A stretch of DNA of 64,000 nucleotides from Oscillatoria sp. FACHB-1406 (GCF_014698145.1 NZ_JACJSM010000001.1:216633-280632); one strand, 5' to 3'. Counted from the stretch's first letter, positions 20,592 to 31,655 are shown. Notes: generated from the letters alone by a model not told the origin. Made by a program: numbers and translations.

Positions 20592-21116
20592 CTAACTATT
20601 TTTGCTGCTCATAACGAAGCGCATCGCCAAAAAACCCAAACCTAATGCCGTCAGGACGATTAAGCCTACCGCCGTCGCCAATACCCAACCGCTAATTTCC
20701 GAAGAACCCTTCGCCGCACTCGGACGGTAGGAAGCCTTCTCTTCCACTTCCATGACCCAGTTTTCGGGCGAAACACTCTGCGAATGGGGCGTTAGGTCTG
20801 CTGGTTCTTCTAGGCGAACCGGCGAAATGACAGGCAGGGGTTTGCCGTACTCGTCGGAACTCGTTACTAACTGCTGCAATTGTTGCGCGGAAACGAACAA
20901 TCGGGTTGCTTCTTGGCGCAAACGGCGATTTTGTTGGAGTAATTGCTGATTTTCGTCTTTGAGAGTGTTTAAGCGTTCTTCTGCTGCCTGTAATTCGTTG
21001 GCGAGTTCGCGGTAGACGCTAATCGGGACGGAGGCGCGGTGGGGAACGTTGGTTGCGTTGATGTTGGCGGGGGCTGTCTTTGTGGATTGGGGAGGTTGAG
21101 TGCGAGTGTTAGACAT
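20592..21116 (-). CDS. coiled-coil protein with C-terminal TM anchor
   Basis: 174 aa. Coiled-coil segment EERLNTLKDENQQLLQQNRRLRQEATRL. C-terminal WVLATAVGLIVLTALGLGFLAM. Confidence 0.45.
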   Translation of the reverse strand: MSNTRTQPPQSTKTAPANINATNVPHRASVPISVYRELANELQAAEERLNTLKDENQQLLQQNRRLRQEATRLFVSAQQLQQLVTSSDEYGKPLPVISPVRLEEPADLTPHSQSVSPENWVMEVEEKASYRPSAAKGSSEISGWVLATAVGLIVLTALGLGFLAMRFVMSSKNS

Positions 21117-21170
21117 GAGGTGAAAGGCTCCGTTTTCTCAAAAGAATGATCTCATAATTCCAGCGCGAAT

Positions 21171-21989
21171 TCAGCCGGAAAAGGGGGTGCGTTCGCCTTG
21201 CAGCAGCGGAAAAAAATGACCCACCGGTCCGGTTCCTTTCCCCAAGGCTAAGGAATGCTTCAGAGCAACGGTAACATAGTTTTTGGCGCGACGAACGGCT
21301 GTTAGCGGTTCGTAACTTAAAGCGAGATTAGCAGCGATCGCGGCACTTAAAGTACAGCCGGTTCCGTGAGTATGGTTCGTCTGTATGGTTTCTGTTTTTA
21401 GCACTTCCAAATGCTCGCCGTCGAACCATACATCTACGCCTCGTAATTCCCCACTCATCCCTCCCCCTTTCACGAGTACCGCTGCTGCACCGAATTGCTG
21501 AATCATTTCGGCGGCGGTTTTCATCTGTTCGAGGGTTTCAATTTCCGTACCGCTCAAAATTTGCGCTTCGTAGCGATTCGGCGTGGCAATCGCGGCTTGG
21601 GGAAGTAAAGTGCTTCTCAGGGTGGCGATCGCGCGATCGTCAATCAATTGCGCCCCCGTTCGCGAAACCATCACCGGATCTACCACCAACTGCTTAAAAT
21701 TCCACCGTTCGACCTGCTGCGCGACGGCTTCGATAATCTCTGCCTCGAGCAGCATTCCCGTCTTCGCTGCTTGCACGCCAATATCGCTCGCTACCGCCTC
21801 AATTTGAGCCGTAACGACTTCAACGGGTAACGCTTCGACCCGGGTTACGCCAAGGGTATTTTGCGCCGTGACGCAGGTCAGAGCGCTGGTTCCGTGGACG
21901 CAGTGGAACGCAAACGTCCGTAAGTCGGCTTGGACCCCCGCACCGCCGCCGCTATCGGAACCCGCGATCGTTAAAGCAACTGGAATCAT
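21171..21989 (-). CDS. thiD: hydroxymethylpyrimidine/phosphomethylpyrimidine kinase
   Basis: 272 aa. [20 protein letters not shown] and a C-terminal [12 protein letters not shown]. Confidence 0.85.
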   Translation of the reverse strand: MIPVALTIAGSDSGGGAGVQADLRTFAFHCVHGTSALTCVTAQNTLGVTRVEALPVEVVTAQIEAVASDIGVQAAKTGMLLEAEIIEAVAQQVERWNFKQLVVDPVMVSRTGAQLIDDRAIATLRSTLLPQAAIATPNRYEAQILSGTEIETLEQMKTAAEMIQQFGAAAVLVKGGGMSGELRGVDVWFDGEHLEVLKTETIQTNHTHGTGCTLSAAIAANLALSYEPLTAVRRAKNYVTVALKHSLALGKGTGPVGHFFPLLQGERTPFSG

Positions 21990-21998
21990 TATCTTGCT

Positions 21999-23300
21999 CT
22001 AGCGTCGGGGGAAACCTCTACGCTTCCGCAGAAATTCGGGAATATCCAATCCCAGCCCGCTCGGATCTTCAGCATTAGCCGTAGGATCGGGAGTGATGGG
22101 GCGGGCGACGGGAGGGGGCGGCGTTGGAGAAGGAACCGAGGATCGCGTTTGAGTTGGGATGGCGCGGGCGGTGGGGGGGTTGGGTTCGCCTTCGCCGCTA
22201 AATCCGGTCGCGATCGCGGTAATCCGAATTTCTCCTTGCATCTTCTCATCGATCACCGCACCAAAAATAATATTGGCATTGGGATCCACCGTTTCATAAA
22301 TCGTCTCGGCGGCTGTATTCACTTCGTGCAGCGTCAAATCGCTGCCGCCCGTAATATTAAACACCACGCCTTTTGCCCCTTCAATCGACGATTCCAACAG
22401 GGGCGAAGAAATAGCCATAATTGCGGCTTCTCGCGCTCGCGACTTGCCCGATCCCGTGCCGATTCCCATCAACGCCGATCCCGCATCTGCCATTACCGCG
22501 CGCACGTCGGCAAAGTCCACGTTCACCAAACCGGGAATAATAATAATATCGGAAATCCCCTGCACTCCTTGTCGCAGCGTATCGTCCGCCACCAAAAAGG
22601 CTTGCTGAACCGGCGTTTCCGGTGCAATCACTTCCAGCAACTTATTGTTGGGGATAATAATCAACGTATCGACTCGACCTTGGAGCGCCGAAACCCCTTC
22701 CTCGGCTTGCGTGGTGCGGCGGCGACCTTCAAATGTAAACGGGCGCGTCACAATTCCCACCGTCAAGCAGCCCATTTCCTTTGCCACTTCGGCTACGATG
22801 GGGGCGGCTCCCGTTCCCGTCCCGCCGCCCATCCCGGAGGTAATAAACACCAAATCCGTATTTTCTAGAGCTTGGGCAATCTCTTCGCGCGACTCTTCTG
22901 CGGCTTTTTGACCGATGGAAGGATTGCCGCCCGCCCCTAAACCGCGCGTCAACTTCTGACCGATTTGCAAGCGTTTGGGGGCAGCACTCATGGCTAAGGC
23001 TTGAGCATCGGTATTAATCGCCCAAAACTCTACGCCCGTGACGTTGCTGGCAATCATGCGGTTGACCGCGTTGCATCCTCCCCCACCAACGCCGATGACT
23101 TTAATTTTAGCGATATTACTGGGGACGATATTATCGCCGCGCAGGGTTTCCCGGTGCATTTCTCGAGGATCGCTGCTCGGAGGGAATGAAAGTCCCGTAC
23201 TGCTAAATGAATAGTTGTTTTCCACGGTGGCTGCCACAGGAGGGGGTTCTGGATGCTCCCCATAAGAAGGGTTCTGCCCTAGTTTACTATTATGTGTCAT
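21999..23300 (-). CDS. ftsZ: cell division GTPase FtsZ
   Basis: [13 protein letters not shown] and tubulin signature [10 protein letters not shown]. Cyanobacterial N- and C-terminal extensions. Confidence 0.95.
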   Translation of the reverse strand: MTHNSKLGQNPSYGEHPEPPPVAATVENNYSFSSTGLSFPPSSDPREMHRETLRGDNIVPSNIAKIKVIGVGGGGCNAVNRMIASNVTGVEFWAINTDAQALAMSAAPKRLQIGQKLTRGLGAGGNPSIGQKAAEESREEIAQALENTDLVFITSGMGGGTGTGAAPIVAEVAKEMGCLTVGIVTRPFTFEGRRRTTQAEEGVSALQGRVDTLIIIPNNKLLEVIAPETPVQQAFLVADDTLRQGVQGISDIIIIPGLVNVDFADVRAVMADAGSALMGIGTGSGKSRAREAAIMAISSPLLESSIEGAKGVVFNITGGSDLTLHEVNTAAETIYETVDPNANIIFGAVIDEKMQGEIRITAIATGFSGEGEPNPPTARAIPTQTRSSVPSPTPPPPVARPITPDPTANAEDPSGLGLDIPEFLRKRRGFPRR

Positions 23301-23523
23301 TTCTTTGGGGAAAGATTAATAGACAATTTTACGGTATCCTTTCTAATCCAGCACTACAACTCAAACAAGTTTTCAGCCGGGGTCGAGTATCGATAACGCC
23401 GCGATCGAGAACGAATGAAGTTCTATCGATCGCATTGGGCTTTTTTTGAGTCTTAGCCTCAAGAAGGTTAACGCTCGGCGACTTGTTGGGTCAAGGGTAG
23501 CATAGTCCGAGACGTTAAGTGCT

Positions 23524-24381
23524 TTAGCGCAACTGCACGGTTGGAAAATCGGGATTCGTTAGGTCGATGTAGGCAAGGCGAGAAGTTTTAAGGCGAGTTG
23601 GGAGTTCGCGCATTTGAGCGAGCATTTCTAATTGTTTCGTCAAACGCGGCGTACCGGACTGATATTGACCCAAATGAACGATCCCCAATTCGGTTGTGAG
23701 AATTGAGTTACTCCGATTGCGAAAGTCGAGGGCGAAAATTTGAACCGGAGAGTTCCGAACCGCTTGATAAATTTCCGGCCAAGCTAACCTTAACGAGTCA
23801 TCGATTCCCAGTGCTTGAAGTTCCGGGAGGCTAGCTTCTGCTAAAAGCTGGGCGTAATTGCCTTCGGGTAGAAATATTCCTCGTTCGTCTAAAAAGCCTG
23901 TTTCTTGCTGGCTGCGGGAATCGAGGACGCGCGCGACGGGCTGCCGTTCTTTAACCGTGACGGTTAAGCCGGGGGGCAGAAGTTTGCGCGTAACCGTTGC
24001 TTCGGCGATGGGAGGGGCAGACTCCATTTGCTGGCTGAGAACTTGCGGTCGAACCTGCCAAAGGGGTTGAGGATAGGATAGGCGCAGTAGAGTGCGAATC
24101 GCTGTCGGCGAGAGCAGTTGGTTGCCTTCAATGGCGATTTGTTCGGGACGCTCTATCGTCCAATTTAGCTGGGTGAGTCCCCAGGTTAACCCGCCTGCCA
24201 TGCCGCTAACCAAGAGCAATCTCCAGAAAGCTTGCAGCAATTTTAACTGCCGACGGCGTTTGAGTTGCGCGCGACGGGCTTTGAGGTCGTGGGGAGAGAC
24301 TGAGCCAATGCTGGTCAAGGTAAGGTTTTCAGGGTGAGGTTTTCGGGGTTTTAATGAATTGCGCGGAAGGTTGCTCCTCAA
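23524..24381 (-). CDS. ftsQ: cell division protein FtsQ/DivIB-like
   Basis: 285 aa. Basic N-terminus, single TM helix (LLLVSGMAGGLTWGL), then a POTRA-like region. Sits directly upstream of ftsZ as in other cyanobacteria. Confidence 0.65.
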   Translation of the reverse strand: MRSNLPRNSLKPRKPHPENLTLTSIGSVSPHDLKARRAQLKRRRQLKLLQAFWRLLLVSGMAGGLTWGLTQLNWTIERPEQIAIEGNQLLSPTAIRTLLRLSYPQPLWQVRPQVLSQQMESAPPIAEATVTRKLLPPGLTVTVKERQPVARVLDSRSQQETGFLDERGIFLPEGNYAQLLAEASLPELQALGIDDSLRLAWPEIYQAVRNSPVQIFALDFRNRSNSILTTELGIVHLGQYQSGTPRLTKQLEMLAQMRELPTRLKTSRLAYIDLTNPDFPTVQLR

Positions 24382-24595
24382 CTATAGCAGTCTTATTCGT
24401 GAGTGGCTGTGACTTTTCCGGGAGGTTACTCAAATTTTTATTTTTTAAAAGAATAAAATCTTTGACACGCAAGAATTGCGATCGAGATCAATGTTAACGA
24501 CCGCCAGATCGTAAGATGATAGGCAAGCATCAATCTGTACGCTAAAAAAGCCATGTAGCTTAGCTCGGGCTTTATTTCTTCCATCAGGACGCATC

Positions 24596-25924
24596 ATGAA
24601 ATTGCATCTACTAAATTTTTTCAAGGCTTGCAACCCGAGCAAGACCTTGAACTTAAGCAATGCTGAGGATCGGAGCTATTACATCGATTTCTCCTCTGTC
24701 AGGGGAGGAAAGATTGTAGAAGCGCTCGAGCGAACGATTACCCGTCTTTCGCCGGACGAACCGACTTGTCAACTGTTTACCGGACATATCGGCTGCGGGA
24801 AATCGACCGAACTGCTGCGACTCAAAGCATCTTTGGAACAGCAACAATTCCACGTTGTTTATTTTGAGTCGAGTCGGGACTTAGATCTGGCAGATGTTAG
24901 CATTAGCGACATTCTTTTGGCAATCGCGCGATCGGTCAGCGAAAGCTTGGAGGCGGTTGGCATTCACCTCAAACCCGGTTACTTTGGCAACTTGTTTTCC
25001 GAAGTTAAAAATTTCTTGCAAACCCCTATCGAGTTGGATGCGGAAGCAGAACTTTCTGTTGGCATTGCCCGCATCACGGCGCGCACGAAAGAAAGTCCAA
25101 AATTGCGAGAGCAGTTGCGGCAATCCCTGGAACCGCGAGTAGAAGGGATTCTGCGGGCGATTAACGAAGAAATTATGCAGCGCGGCACTCAGGAGTTGAA
25201 ACTGCGCGGCAAGCGTGGATTGGTGGCGATCGTGGATAATTTAGACCGAGTATCGGCACAAATGGCGACTCAGACGCGATCGCTCCCCGAATACATTTTT
25301 ATCGATCGCGGCCCCCAATTGCGCCGCCTGCAATGCCATGTCGTTTACACGCTACCCCTATCGCTGATTTTCTCCAATGAGTTTCAGTCCCTAAAAAACC
25401 GTCTTGGCGGCGGAGTGGCTCCGAAAGTGCTGCCAATGGTTCCGCTATACCAACGCAATGGTAGCGAAAACGTTCGAGGTATGGCGCTGCTGCGTCAACT
25501 CGTCCTTGCTCGCGCCTTTCCAGAGGTCGATCCGCAAACGCGGCTGAGTTTGATTGGCGAAGTAGTAGACCATCCCAGTACGCTCGATCGCCTCTGTTAT
25601 ATTAGCGGCGGCCACGTTCGCACTCTCTTAGGCTTGTTGTTCAACTGCTTGCAACAACAGGATCCGCCTTTTTCCCGACAGTGTATCGAGCAAGCGATCG
25701 ATGCCTATCGCGATGATATCGTCTTGGCCGTCGAAGAAGATGAATGGTCGCTCATTTCCCAAGTCGTCAGCAAACAAATCGTCAAAGGCGAGCAAGAATA
25801 TCAAGCGCTGCTGCGCAGTATGTTCGTATTTGAATATCGCGACGAGGCAGGACGCTGGTTCGGGGTGAATCCCGCTCTAGCTGAAACCGAGCGCTTTAAA
25901 AGCCTGCAAGCAATGGGAGTCTAA
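24596..25924 (+). CDS. stand-alone P-loop NTPase (AAA_16/STAND-like), unknown function
   Basis: 442 aa. Walker A GHIGCGKSTELL. Candidate Walker B LVAIVDNLD. Helical C-terminal half. Confidence 0.6.
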   Translation: MKLHLLNFFKACNPSKTLNLSNAEDRSYYIDFSSVRGGKIVEALERTITRLSPDEPTCQLFTGHIGCGKSTELLRLKASLEQQQFHVVYFESSRDLDLADVSISDILLAIARSVSESLEAVGIHLKPGYFGNLFSEVKNFLQTPIELDAEAELSVGIARITARTKESPKLREQLRQSLEPRVEGILRAINEEIMQRGTQELKLRGKRGLVAIVDNLDRVSAQMATQTRSLPEYIFIDRGPQLRRLQCHVVYTLPLSLIFSNEFQSLKNRLGGGVAPKVLPMVPLYQRNGSENVRGMALLRQLVLARAFPEVDPQTRLSLIGEVVDHPSTLDRLCYISGGHVRTLLGLLFNCLQQQDPPFSRQCIEQAIDAYRDDIVLAVEEDEWSLISQVVSKQIVKGEQEYQALLRSMFVFEYRDEAGRWFGVNPALAETERFKSLQAMGV

Positions 25925-26545
25925 TAAGACGGCGTGTAACTGCTGTTAGGGCGAGGATAGGACGGGTTCTGCTCGCTTATTCCCTCGCTCTTGTCTCAGT
26001 CCGCGTCTAAGCTCTTCTCAGAGTTCGAGCCTAAAACAGCCCGTCTAGTTGAAGAAGCCCGGTCTCAATCCTTGCCACTTCAACACTGGACAGCGTAAAG
26101 AAATAAAACCGATCTGAAGGCAAATCCAAAAGATATTGCTTTATATCATTTTTTTATTTTTGTCAAGCGCTAAAGCTGAACGGGTGAGTTTGAGGAGAAT
26201 CGAGCGGGTTACAAGTCTTTTAACTCGCAGTGTGACGCGGTGCGAGCGATCGCAAAATTAGAACCGTTGCGCGCGTCTATAGCATTTTTCGTTGGCGTGA
26301 GGTACACCACACGGGCGAATGCCATTCGCCCCTACCCATCTAATTTCCATTTTTGTACCCTTATCCATTTGAAAAACGCTATATCCCCAAAAAGCACTTT
26401 CGTTGGCCCGGGACAAAACCATCCCTTGGGTCAAACTCCCGTTCAACCCCATTCCTCGTCTCATTGAACGTCTCAATTCAATGGGGATGTGTTGCGTTAG
26501 CCTACTGCGCCTGCCTCTCTACAATGGCTTCTGCCCCTTGCAACC

Positions 26546-29500
26546 ATGTGTACTACTAACCCCCCCCACCTCGTCAGCCAATCGAACGATCGGTCTCTAT
26601 CGATTCTGGCACGAGCGATTCTCCTCGGTCGCTATCAATTTGCTTTAATTCTCGTGCGCTGTAACTACGAACGATTGCAGCGGCAAATGTGGCAAGGACT
26701 GCAACAGGAGTTGCGCTCTCAATCAGAAGCGGAGGTTCGCTTACGAGAAATTCGCTTTTCTTCCTCTACCCCCGCCCTATTCGATACGCTCCTAAGCGTT
26801 GTTGAAGCGGAAATTGCCGCCCAACCGGAGGAGGCAGCACCTCAACCCTCGCGACGCTGCAATCTAGATGCTTTAATGGTCTTCGGACTGGAATCAGCAG
26901 AAGATTTGGAGCGAGTTTTAGCCGATACCAATCAAGTCCGCGAAGAGTTTCGCAAGCACTTCACCTGTCCGGTGGTGCTGTGGGCGACGGATGAAGTCCT
27001 GCAAAAAATGACCCGTTTCGCGCCAGATTTTAAAAGCTGGGCTTCCGCCGCGATTAAATTCGAGCAGGCCATTGAAGACTCCATCCAACTGTGGTGGGAA
27101 ATTGTTGCTCGCCTGTTTCGAGAACTTTTAGATTCGGGGGCGAAGCGTTTCGTTTCCAACGCCGAGTTGGGGCTTGCGCCAGGAAGCCGCGATCGCCGAG
27201 AATTAGAGTGCGCCCGCTTGGAAGTTCTCGCCGCCCACATCGAGCTATCGGAGATGGTAGAAGCGATTTGGGCGTTTATCCTCGGGCGGGATGCTTACAA
27301 CGAGGGTCGCATCCAAGAAGCGCTAGAACAGTATCAACGCAGTCTCGAGTTTTGGGGGCAAGGATCGGAGGATCGGGTTGCCAATGCAGTACCCTCCGCA
27401 CCCAACATCGCCAATCCATTTTTAGAGCAAAAAGGGCTGCTGCTTTACCATCTCGGTTTGTGCTACTGCTATGAAGCGAGGGAACATCCCAACCGCAGCC
27501 GTCAATGCGCAACTCAGGCGCGCCTTTGCTTCAGCGACAGCTTAGAAATTTTTACCTTAAAAGAGCGTCCCGAAGCGATCGCGAATCTCACCGTTCAACT
27601 CGGTCAAGTGCTGCAACAGCTTGAATACTGGCACGAATTGCAAGCCTTAGCCCGAGGGGCGCTTACCCAAAGCACGATTTATCATACCCCGGAAGTCCGA
27701 GCGCGGGCTTATGGATTTTTAGCGCGTGGGGCGCTGGCTCGAGGCAATCCCGAAGCGGCGAGAATCTTAGCGCTGAAGGCGTTGGGCATTCACGAACGCG
27801 CGTCCACAGCGAATTCGCTAGGAGAAGCCTTGTATTCCTACTTGTTAGCGCGATCGCAATACGAACTCGGCCAGACGATGGAAGCGATCGCGCTTTTGGA
27901 GCGGGCGCGCTCGGCCATTGCACCGAAAACGATCGCGTCCGAGGGCGAAGTCCAACCCACCACAGAGAAAGAAACCCTTTATCTCGAAATCTTGGAAATG
28001 CTGCGATCGCTATACTTCCAGCAGCATCAATACGAACTCGCCTTCACCCTCAAACAAGAGCAGCAGCGAGTCGAGCAAGCCTGCGGGCTGCGGGCTTTCT
28101 ACGGCCTATCTTCCCCCACTGGGGAAGGAGATCGCCTCCCCTCCTACTATCCAACTGAAATCCTCGCTTTCGGTCGCCAGCGAGATGTCGAGGCGCTGCT
28201 AGAACGGGTACGGCGCAGCGAACACAAACTCACGATCCTCCACGGACCTTCGGGGGCGGGCAAAAGCAGCTTGCTGCACGCCGGTCTGGTTCCGGCTTTA
28301 TGGGACGAAATCATCGCCGCTCGCGAAATTCTCCCCGCCATTCAAACGACTTACAATGATTGGCAACAAGGGTTGAGTCGCGCTTTTTCCCGATCGCTGA
28401 CTCTGCGGGAGCGCAAGTTAGGACAGCCCCAAACCCTCCCTGACTTGCTCTCGCCCGCAGCGATTTTAGACTTTCTTCAATCCAGCAGCCAGGGAAATTT
28501 ATTGGTCGTTATTGTTTTCGATCAATTTGAAGAATTCTTTTACAATTGTCCCCAACGCGAAGACAGACGGGCATTTTATCGATTCTTATGCGACAGTTTG
28601 AGCATCCCCTTCGTGAAAGTGATTCTCTGCCTGAGAGAGGATTGCTTGCACGAACTGCTGGCAATGGAACGGGAGATGGATTGGGGGATCGTCGATAACG
28701 ATTTGCTCGATCGCCAAGTGCGTTATGCGCTCGCGGATTTGAGCTTAGAAGCGGCGGCGGGCGTGGTGAAGCGACTGACCGAGCGATCGCACTTTCACCT
28801 CGAAAACGACCTGATCGAGCGTTTTGTCTGCGATTTAGCGGACTCCCAACAGACGATTCGCCCGATCGAATTGCAGGTCGTCGGCAGCGCGCTACAAGCC
28901 GAAAAAATCACCTTACTGCAAGAATATCGGCAGTTGGGCAGCAACCCGAAAACGATTTTAGTCGAACGCTGGTTGCAGTCCGCGATCGCCGACTGCGGCC
29001 CGGAAAACGAAGAAGTCGTCTGGCAGGTTTTATACGCTCTGACCGATTCCCAAGGATTGCGCCTACTGAAAACGCAAGCCGAACTTGCAAGGGCAGTGCG
29101 CTCGGAACGCACCAGGAAGCAGCGTTCGGAAACGCTTCCCAGTCCCCCTCTTACCTCGATCTTAAAAATCCTGGTCGGTTCGGGTTTGGTGTCTCGCCTG
29201 CGGGAAGAGTCCGACGAGCGCTATCAACTCGTTCACGGCTATCTCGTCGGGCGCATTCGCCAACAATATAGCGATCGCACTTCTCGAGCGATCGCCACGC
29301 AACTGAGCGGTAGCAAAGCTGAAGTAACGCGAGCGCGCAAACAGCGCCTTCATGCCCTCACTATTGGCGGTATTTGCGCTCTTTTCGCCCTTAGTGCGGT
29401 TTATTTAAGCTTGCAAACGGAAACCCAACGCCGTTTAGCCACAATCGTCTCTCGCAATGCAGAACTGATGGCGCTTTCTGCCTCCTCCGAAGCACTATTT

Positions 29501-31561
29501 GCTTCTAACCAGGAATTTGAAGCGCTGCTGGAAGGGTTGAGGGCGGTCAAACAATTAAAGGCAGAACCGCCGATTCGCCAGAAACCGTCCTTGCAAGCCT
29601 TGCATTTACCGACCGATACCGCGACGGACATTAAAACCGATACGCGCTTAAAAGTTTTAACCGTTCTCGAACAAGCTTTATACGGAACGTTGGAACGGAA
29701 TCGCTTAGAAGGTCATAGCGATGTCGTCTGGGGGGTCTGTTTTTCGCCGGACGGACAGCGCATTGCAACAGCGAGCTTGGATAGAACGGTTAAGGTTTGG
29801 CATCCTGACGGCCGCCTGCTAACGACACTGTTCGGTCATCGGGATAGCGTCACAAGCGTTGATATCAGTCGGGATGGTAGTATTGCTTCGAGCAGTTGGG
29901 ATGGGACGGTTCGCCTTTGGAACGTTGATGGAACGCCCGATTTGGCGATTCAGGCACATCGGGGCCGCGTCTACAGCGTTCGCTTCAGTCGGGATGGGGA
30001 AATGTTGGCGAGTGCGGGCGCAGATGGAATGGTAAAAATTTGGTCGCGCCAAGGCCGGTTGTTGCAAACTTTATCGGGGCATCGAGGGGAAGTGAGTTGG
30101 GCGAGCTTTAGTCCCGATGGCAGCGAGATTGCTTCCGTGGGACAGGATGGGACGCTGCGCTTGTGGAAGATTGGGGGGCAAGTTGTTAAGGTGGTGCGCG
30201 CTCATCAGGAGGCGGCGAACTATGTGGTTTTTAGCCCGAAGGGAGATGTGCTGGCGACGGCGGGCGAGGATCGCGCCGTGAAGCTTTGGAGTCGGGATGG
30301 GCGCTTACTGCGGGTACTGTCGGGGCATCAGGGTAGCGTTCACGCGATCGCGTTTAGTCCCGATGGCCAACGGTTGGCTTCGGCGAGTAATGACAATACG
30401 ATCGCGCTCTGGAACCGTCAGGGGCGTTTGTCGAGCGTGTTGAAGGGACATAGCGATCGCGTTACGGGCGTGGGCTTCAGTCCGGATGGGCTGACGCTGG
30501 TGTCTTCGAGTTTCGACAAGACGATTAAGCTCTGGACGCTCCAGAAGCGCTCCCGCGTCGTACTGCGAGGACATCGCGATCGCGTCCTGGATGTTGTCTT
30601 TTCTCCCGATGGGGATATAGTGGCCACCGCGAGCAAGGATAAAACCGCAAAGTTGTGGACGCGCCAAGGACAATTGCTGGCAACTTTAAGCGGACACCGC
30701 GATTCGGTGTTAGCGGTTGCTTTTTCGCCCGATGGCGAGCGAGTCGCCACCGCGAGTAAGGATAAAAGCGTGAAAGTGTGGACGCGGCGGGGGCAATTGT
30801 TACAAACGCTTTCCGGTCACGGGGATTGGGTTCTGGATGTGGAGTGGTCGCCCGACGGTCAATGGTTAGCAACGGCGAGTCGCGATAAAACCGTGAAATT
30901 ATGGAGCCGCGAGGGGAAATTGCGTCAAACTTTGAGCGGACACCGCGATCGCGTTAATGCGGTTGCGTTTAATGCCGACGGTAGCTTACTGGCTTCCGCC
31001 AGCGACGATCGCACGATTAAGCTTTGGCGCTTCCACCGGAAGTTGCGTAGCGGCAGGCCAGAAGATGGGGCTTTTGACCCGCAACCGCTCTCAACGTTGA
31101 AAGGGCATAGCAACTGGGTTCTCGATGTTACTTTTTTGCCGCCGCGAGCCGATGGTCGTGCTTCTCCCCTTTTGGCTTCTGCGAGTTACGATAACACCGT
31201 CAAATTTTGGAGCGATCGCGAAATGCTTTACACGCTCAAAGGTCATACCGATAGCGTTGCCCATCTCAGCTTTAACCCCACGGGCGAAATTTTGGCGACT
31301 ACAACTTGGAGCAGCGAAGTCCAATTATGGCGATTAGACGATACTCTGCTTAAAACCCTCGAAGGTCATAGCGATCGCGCCACCAGCGTGGCTTGGAGCC
31401 AAGATGGAAACGCCCTCGCCACCGCCAGCGAGGATAAAACCGCGATAATTTGGAATTTTGATGAGGAACAATTGGCTAAAAATGCTTGCGATTGGCTCCG
31501 CAATTACATTCACAATAGCAATGAAGTCAGGAGGAGCGATCGCCAATTGTGTACGTCATAA
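26546..31561 (+). CDS. giant nSTAND-type NTPase / WD40-repeat protein
   Basis: 1671 aa. ~550-aa helical/TPR-like N-terminal region. P-loop GPSGAGKSSLLHAGLVPAL. Hydrophobic helix LTIGGICALFALSAVYLSL. Then ~14-16 WD40 repeats (GH..V..V.FSPDG...AS.S.D.T.KLW), two 7-bladed propellers, from ~29700. Confidence 0.85.
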   Translation: MCTTNPPHLVSQSNDRSLSILARAILLGRYQFALILVRCNYERLQRQMWQGLQQELRSQSEAEVRLREIRFSSSTPALFDTLLSVVEAEIAAQPEEAAPQPSRRCNLDALMVFGLESAEDLERVLADTNQVREEFRKHFTCPVVLWATDEVLQKMTRFAPDFKSWASAAIKFEQAIEDSIQLWWEIVARLFRELLDSGAKRFVSNAELGLAPGSRDRRELECARLEVLAAHIELSEMVEAIWAFILGRDAYNEGRIQEALEQYQRSLEFWGQGSEDRVANAVPSAPNIANPFLEQKGLLLYHLGLCYCYEAREHPNRSRQCATQARLCFSDSLEIFTLKERPEAIANLTVQLGQVLQQLEYWHELQALARGALTQSTIYHTPEVRARAYGFLARGALARGNPEAARILALKALGIHERASTANSLGEALYSYLLARSQYELGQTMEAIALLERARSAIAPKTIASEGEVQPTTEKETLYLEILEMLRSLYFQQHQYELAFTLKQEQQRVEQACGLRAFYGLSSPTGEGDRLPSYYPTEILAFGRQRDVEALLERVRRSEHKLTILHGPSGAGKSSLLHAGLVPALWDEIIAAREILPAIQTTYNDWQQGLSRAFSRSLTLRERKLGQPQTLPDLLSPAAILDFLQSSSQGNLLVVIVFDQFEEFFYNCPQREDRRAFYRFLCDSLSIPFVKVILCLREDCLHELLAMEREMDWGIVDNDLLDRQVRYALADLSLEAAAGVVKRLTERSHFHLENDLIERFVCDLADSQQTIRPIELQVVGSALQAEKITLLQEYRQLGSNPKTILVERWLQSAIADCGPENEEVVWQVLYALTDSQGLRLLKTQAELARAVRSERTRKQRSETLPSPPLTSILKILVGSGLVSRLREESDERYQLVHGYLVGRIRQQYSDRTSRAIATQLSGSKAEVTRARKQRLHALTIGGICALFALSAVYLSLQTETQRRLATIVSRNAELMALSASSEALFASNQEFEALLEGLRAVKQLKAEPPIRQKPSLQALHLPTDTATDIKTDTRLKVLTVLEQALYGTLERNRLEGHSDVVWGVCFSPDGQRIATASLDRTVKVWHPDGRLLTTLFGHRDSVTSVDISRDGSIASSSWDGTVRLWNVDGTPDLAIQAHRGRVYSVRFSRDGEMLASAGADGMVKIWSRQGRLLQTLSGHRGEVSWASFSPDGSEIASVGQDGTLRLWKIGGQVVKVVRAHQEAANYVVFSPKGDVLATAGEDRAVKLWSRDGRLLRVLSGHQGSVHAIAFSPDGQRLASASNDNTIALWNRQGRLSSVLKGHSDRVTGVGFSPDGLTLVSSSFDKTIKLWTLQKRSRVVLRGHRDRVLDVVFSPDGDIVATASKDKTAKLWTRQGQLLATLSGHRDSVLAVAFSPDGERVATASKDKSVKVWTRRGQLLQTLSGHGDWVLDVEWSPDGQWLATASRDKTVKLWSREGKLRQTLSGHRDRVNAVAFNADGSLLASASDDRTIKLWRFHRKLRSGRPEDGAFDPQPLSTLKGHSNWVLDVTFLPPRADGRASPLLASASYDNTVKFWSDREMLYTLKGHTDSVAHLSFNPTGEILATTTWSSEVQLWRLDDTLLKTLEGHSDRATSVAWSQDGNALATASEDKTAIIWNFDEEQLAKNACDWLRNYIHNSNEVRRSDRQLCTS

Positions 31562-31655
31562 ATAATTGATAATGGATAATGGATAACGAATTGGATAATT
31601 GACAATGGACAATGGATAACGTTTTGAATAATTGACAATGGACAATGGATAACGT
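31561..31655. repeat. degenerate ATAATGG/ACAATGG heptamer array with ~31-bp higher-order duplication
   Basis: Read directly after the WD40 gene stop. aattgacaatggacaatggataacg occurs twice. Confidence 0.75.

Noticed and set aside
22149-22868. 239-aa plus-strand ORF inside ftsZ
   Set aside because: It is antisense to an unmistakable FtsZ. Its composition is Arg/His/Gly-rich junk.
29819-31546. Multiple 60-120 aa minus-strand ORFs inside the WD40 region
   Set aside because: They are antisense products of the internally repetitive WD40 coding DNA. They are not mobile elements or real genes.
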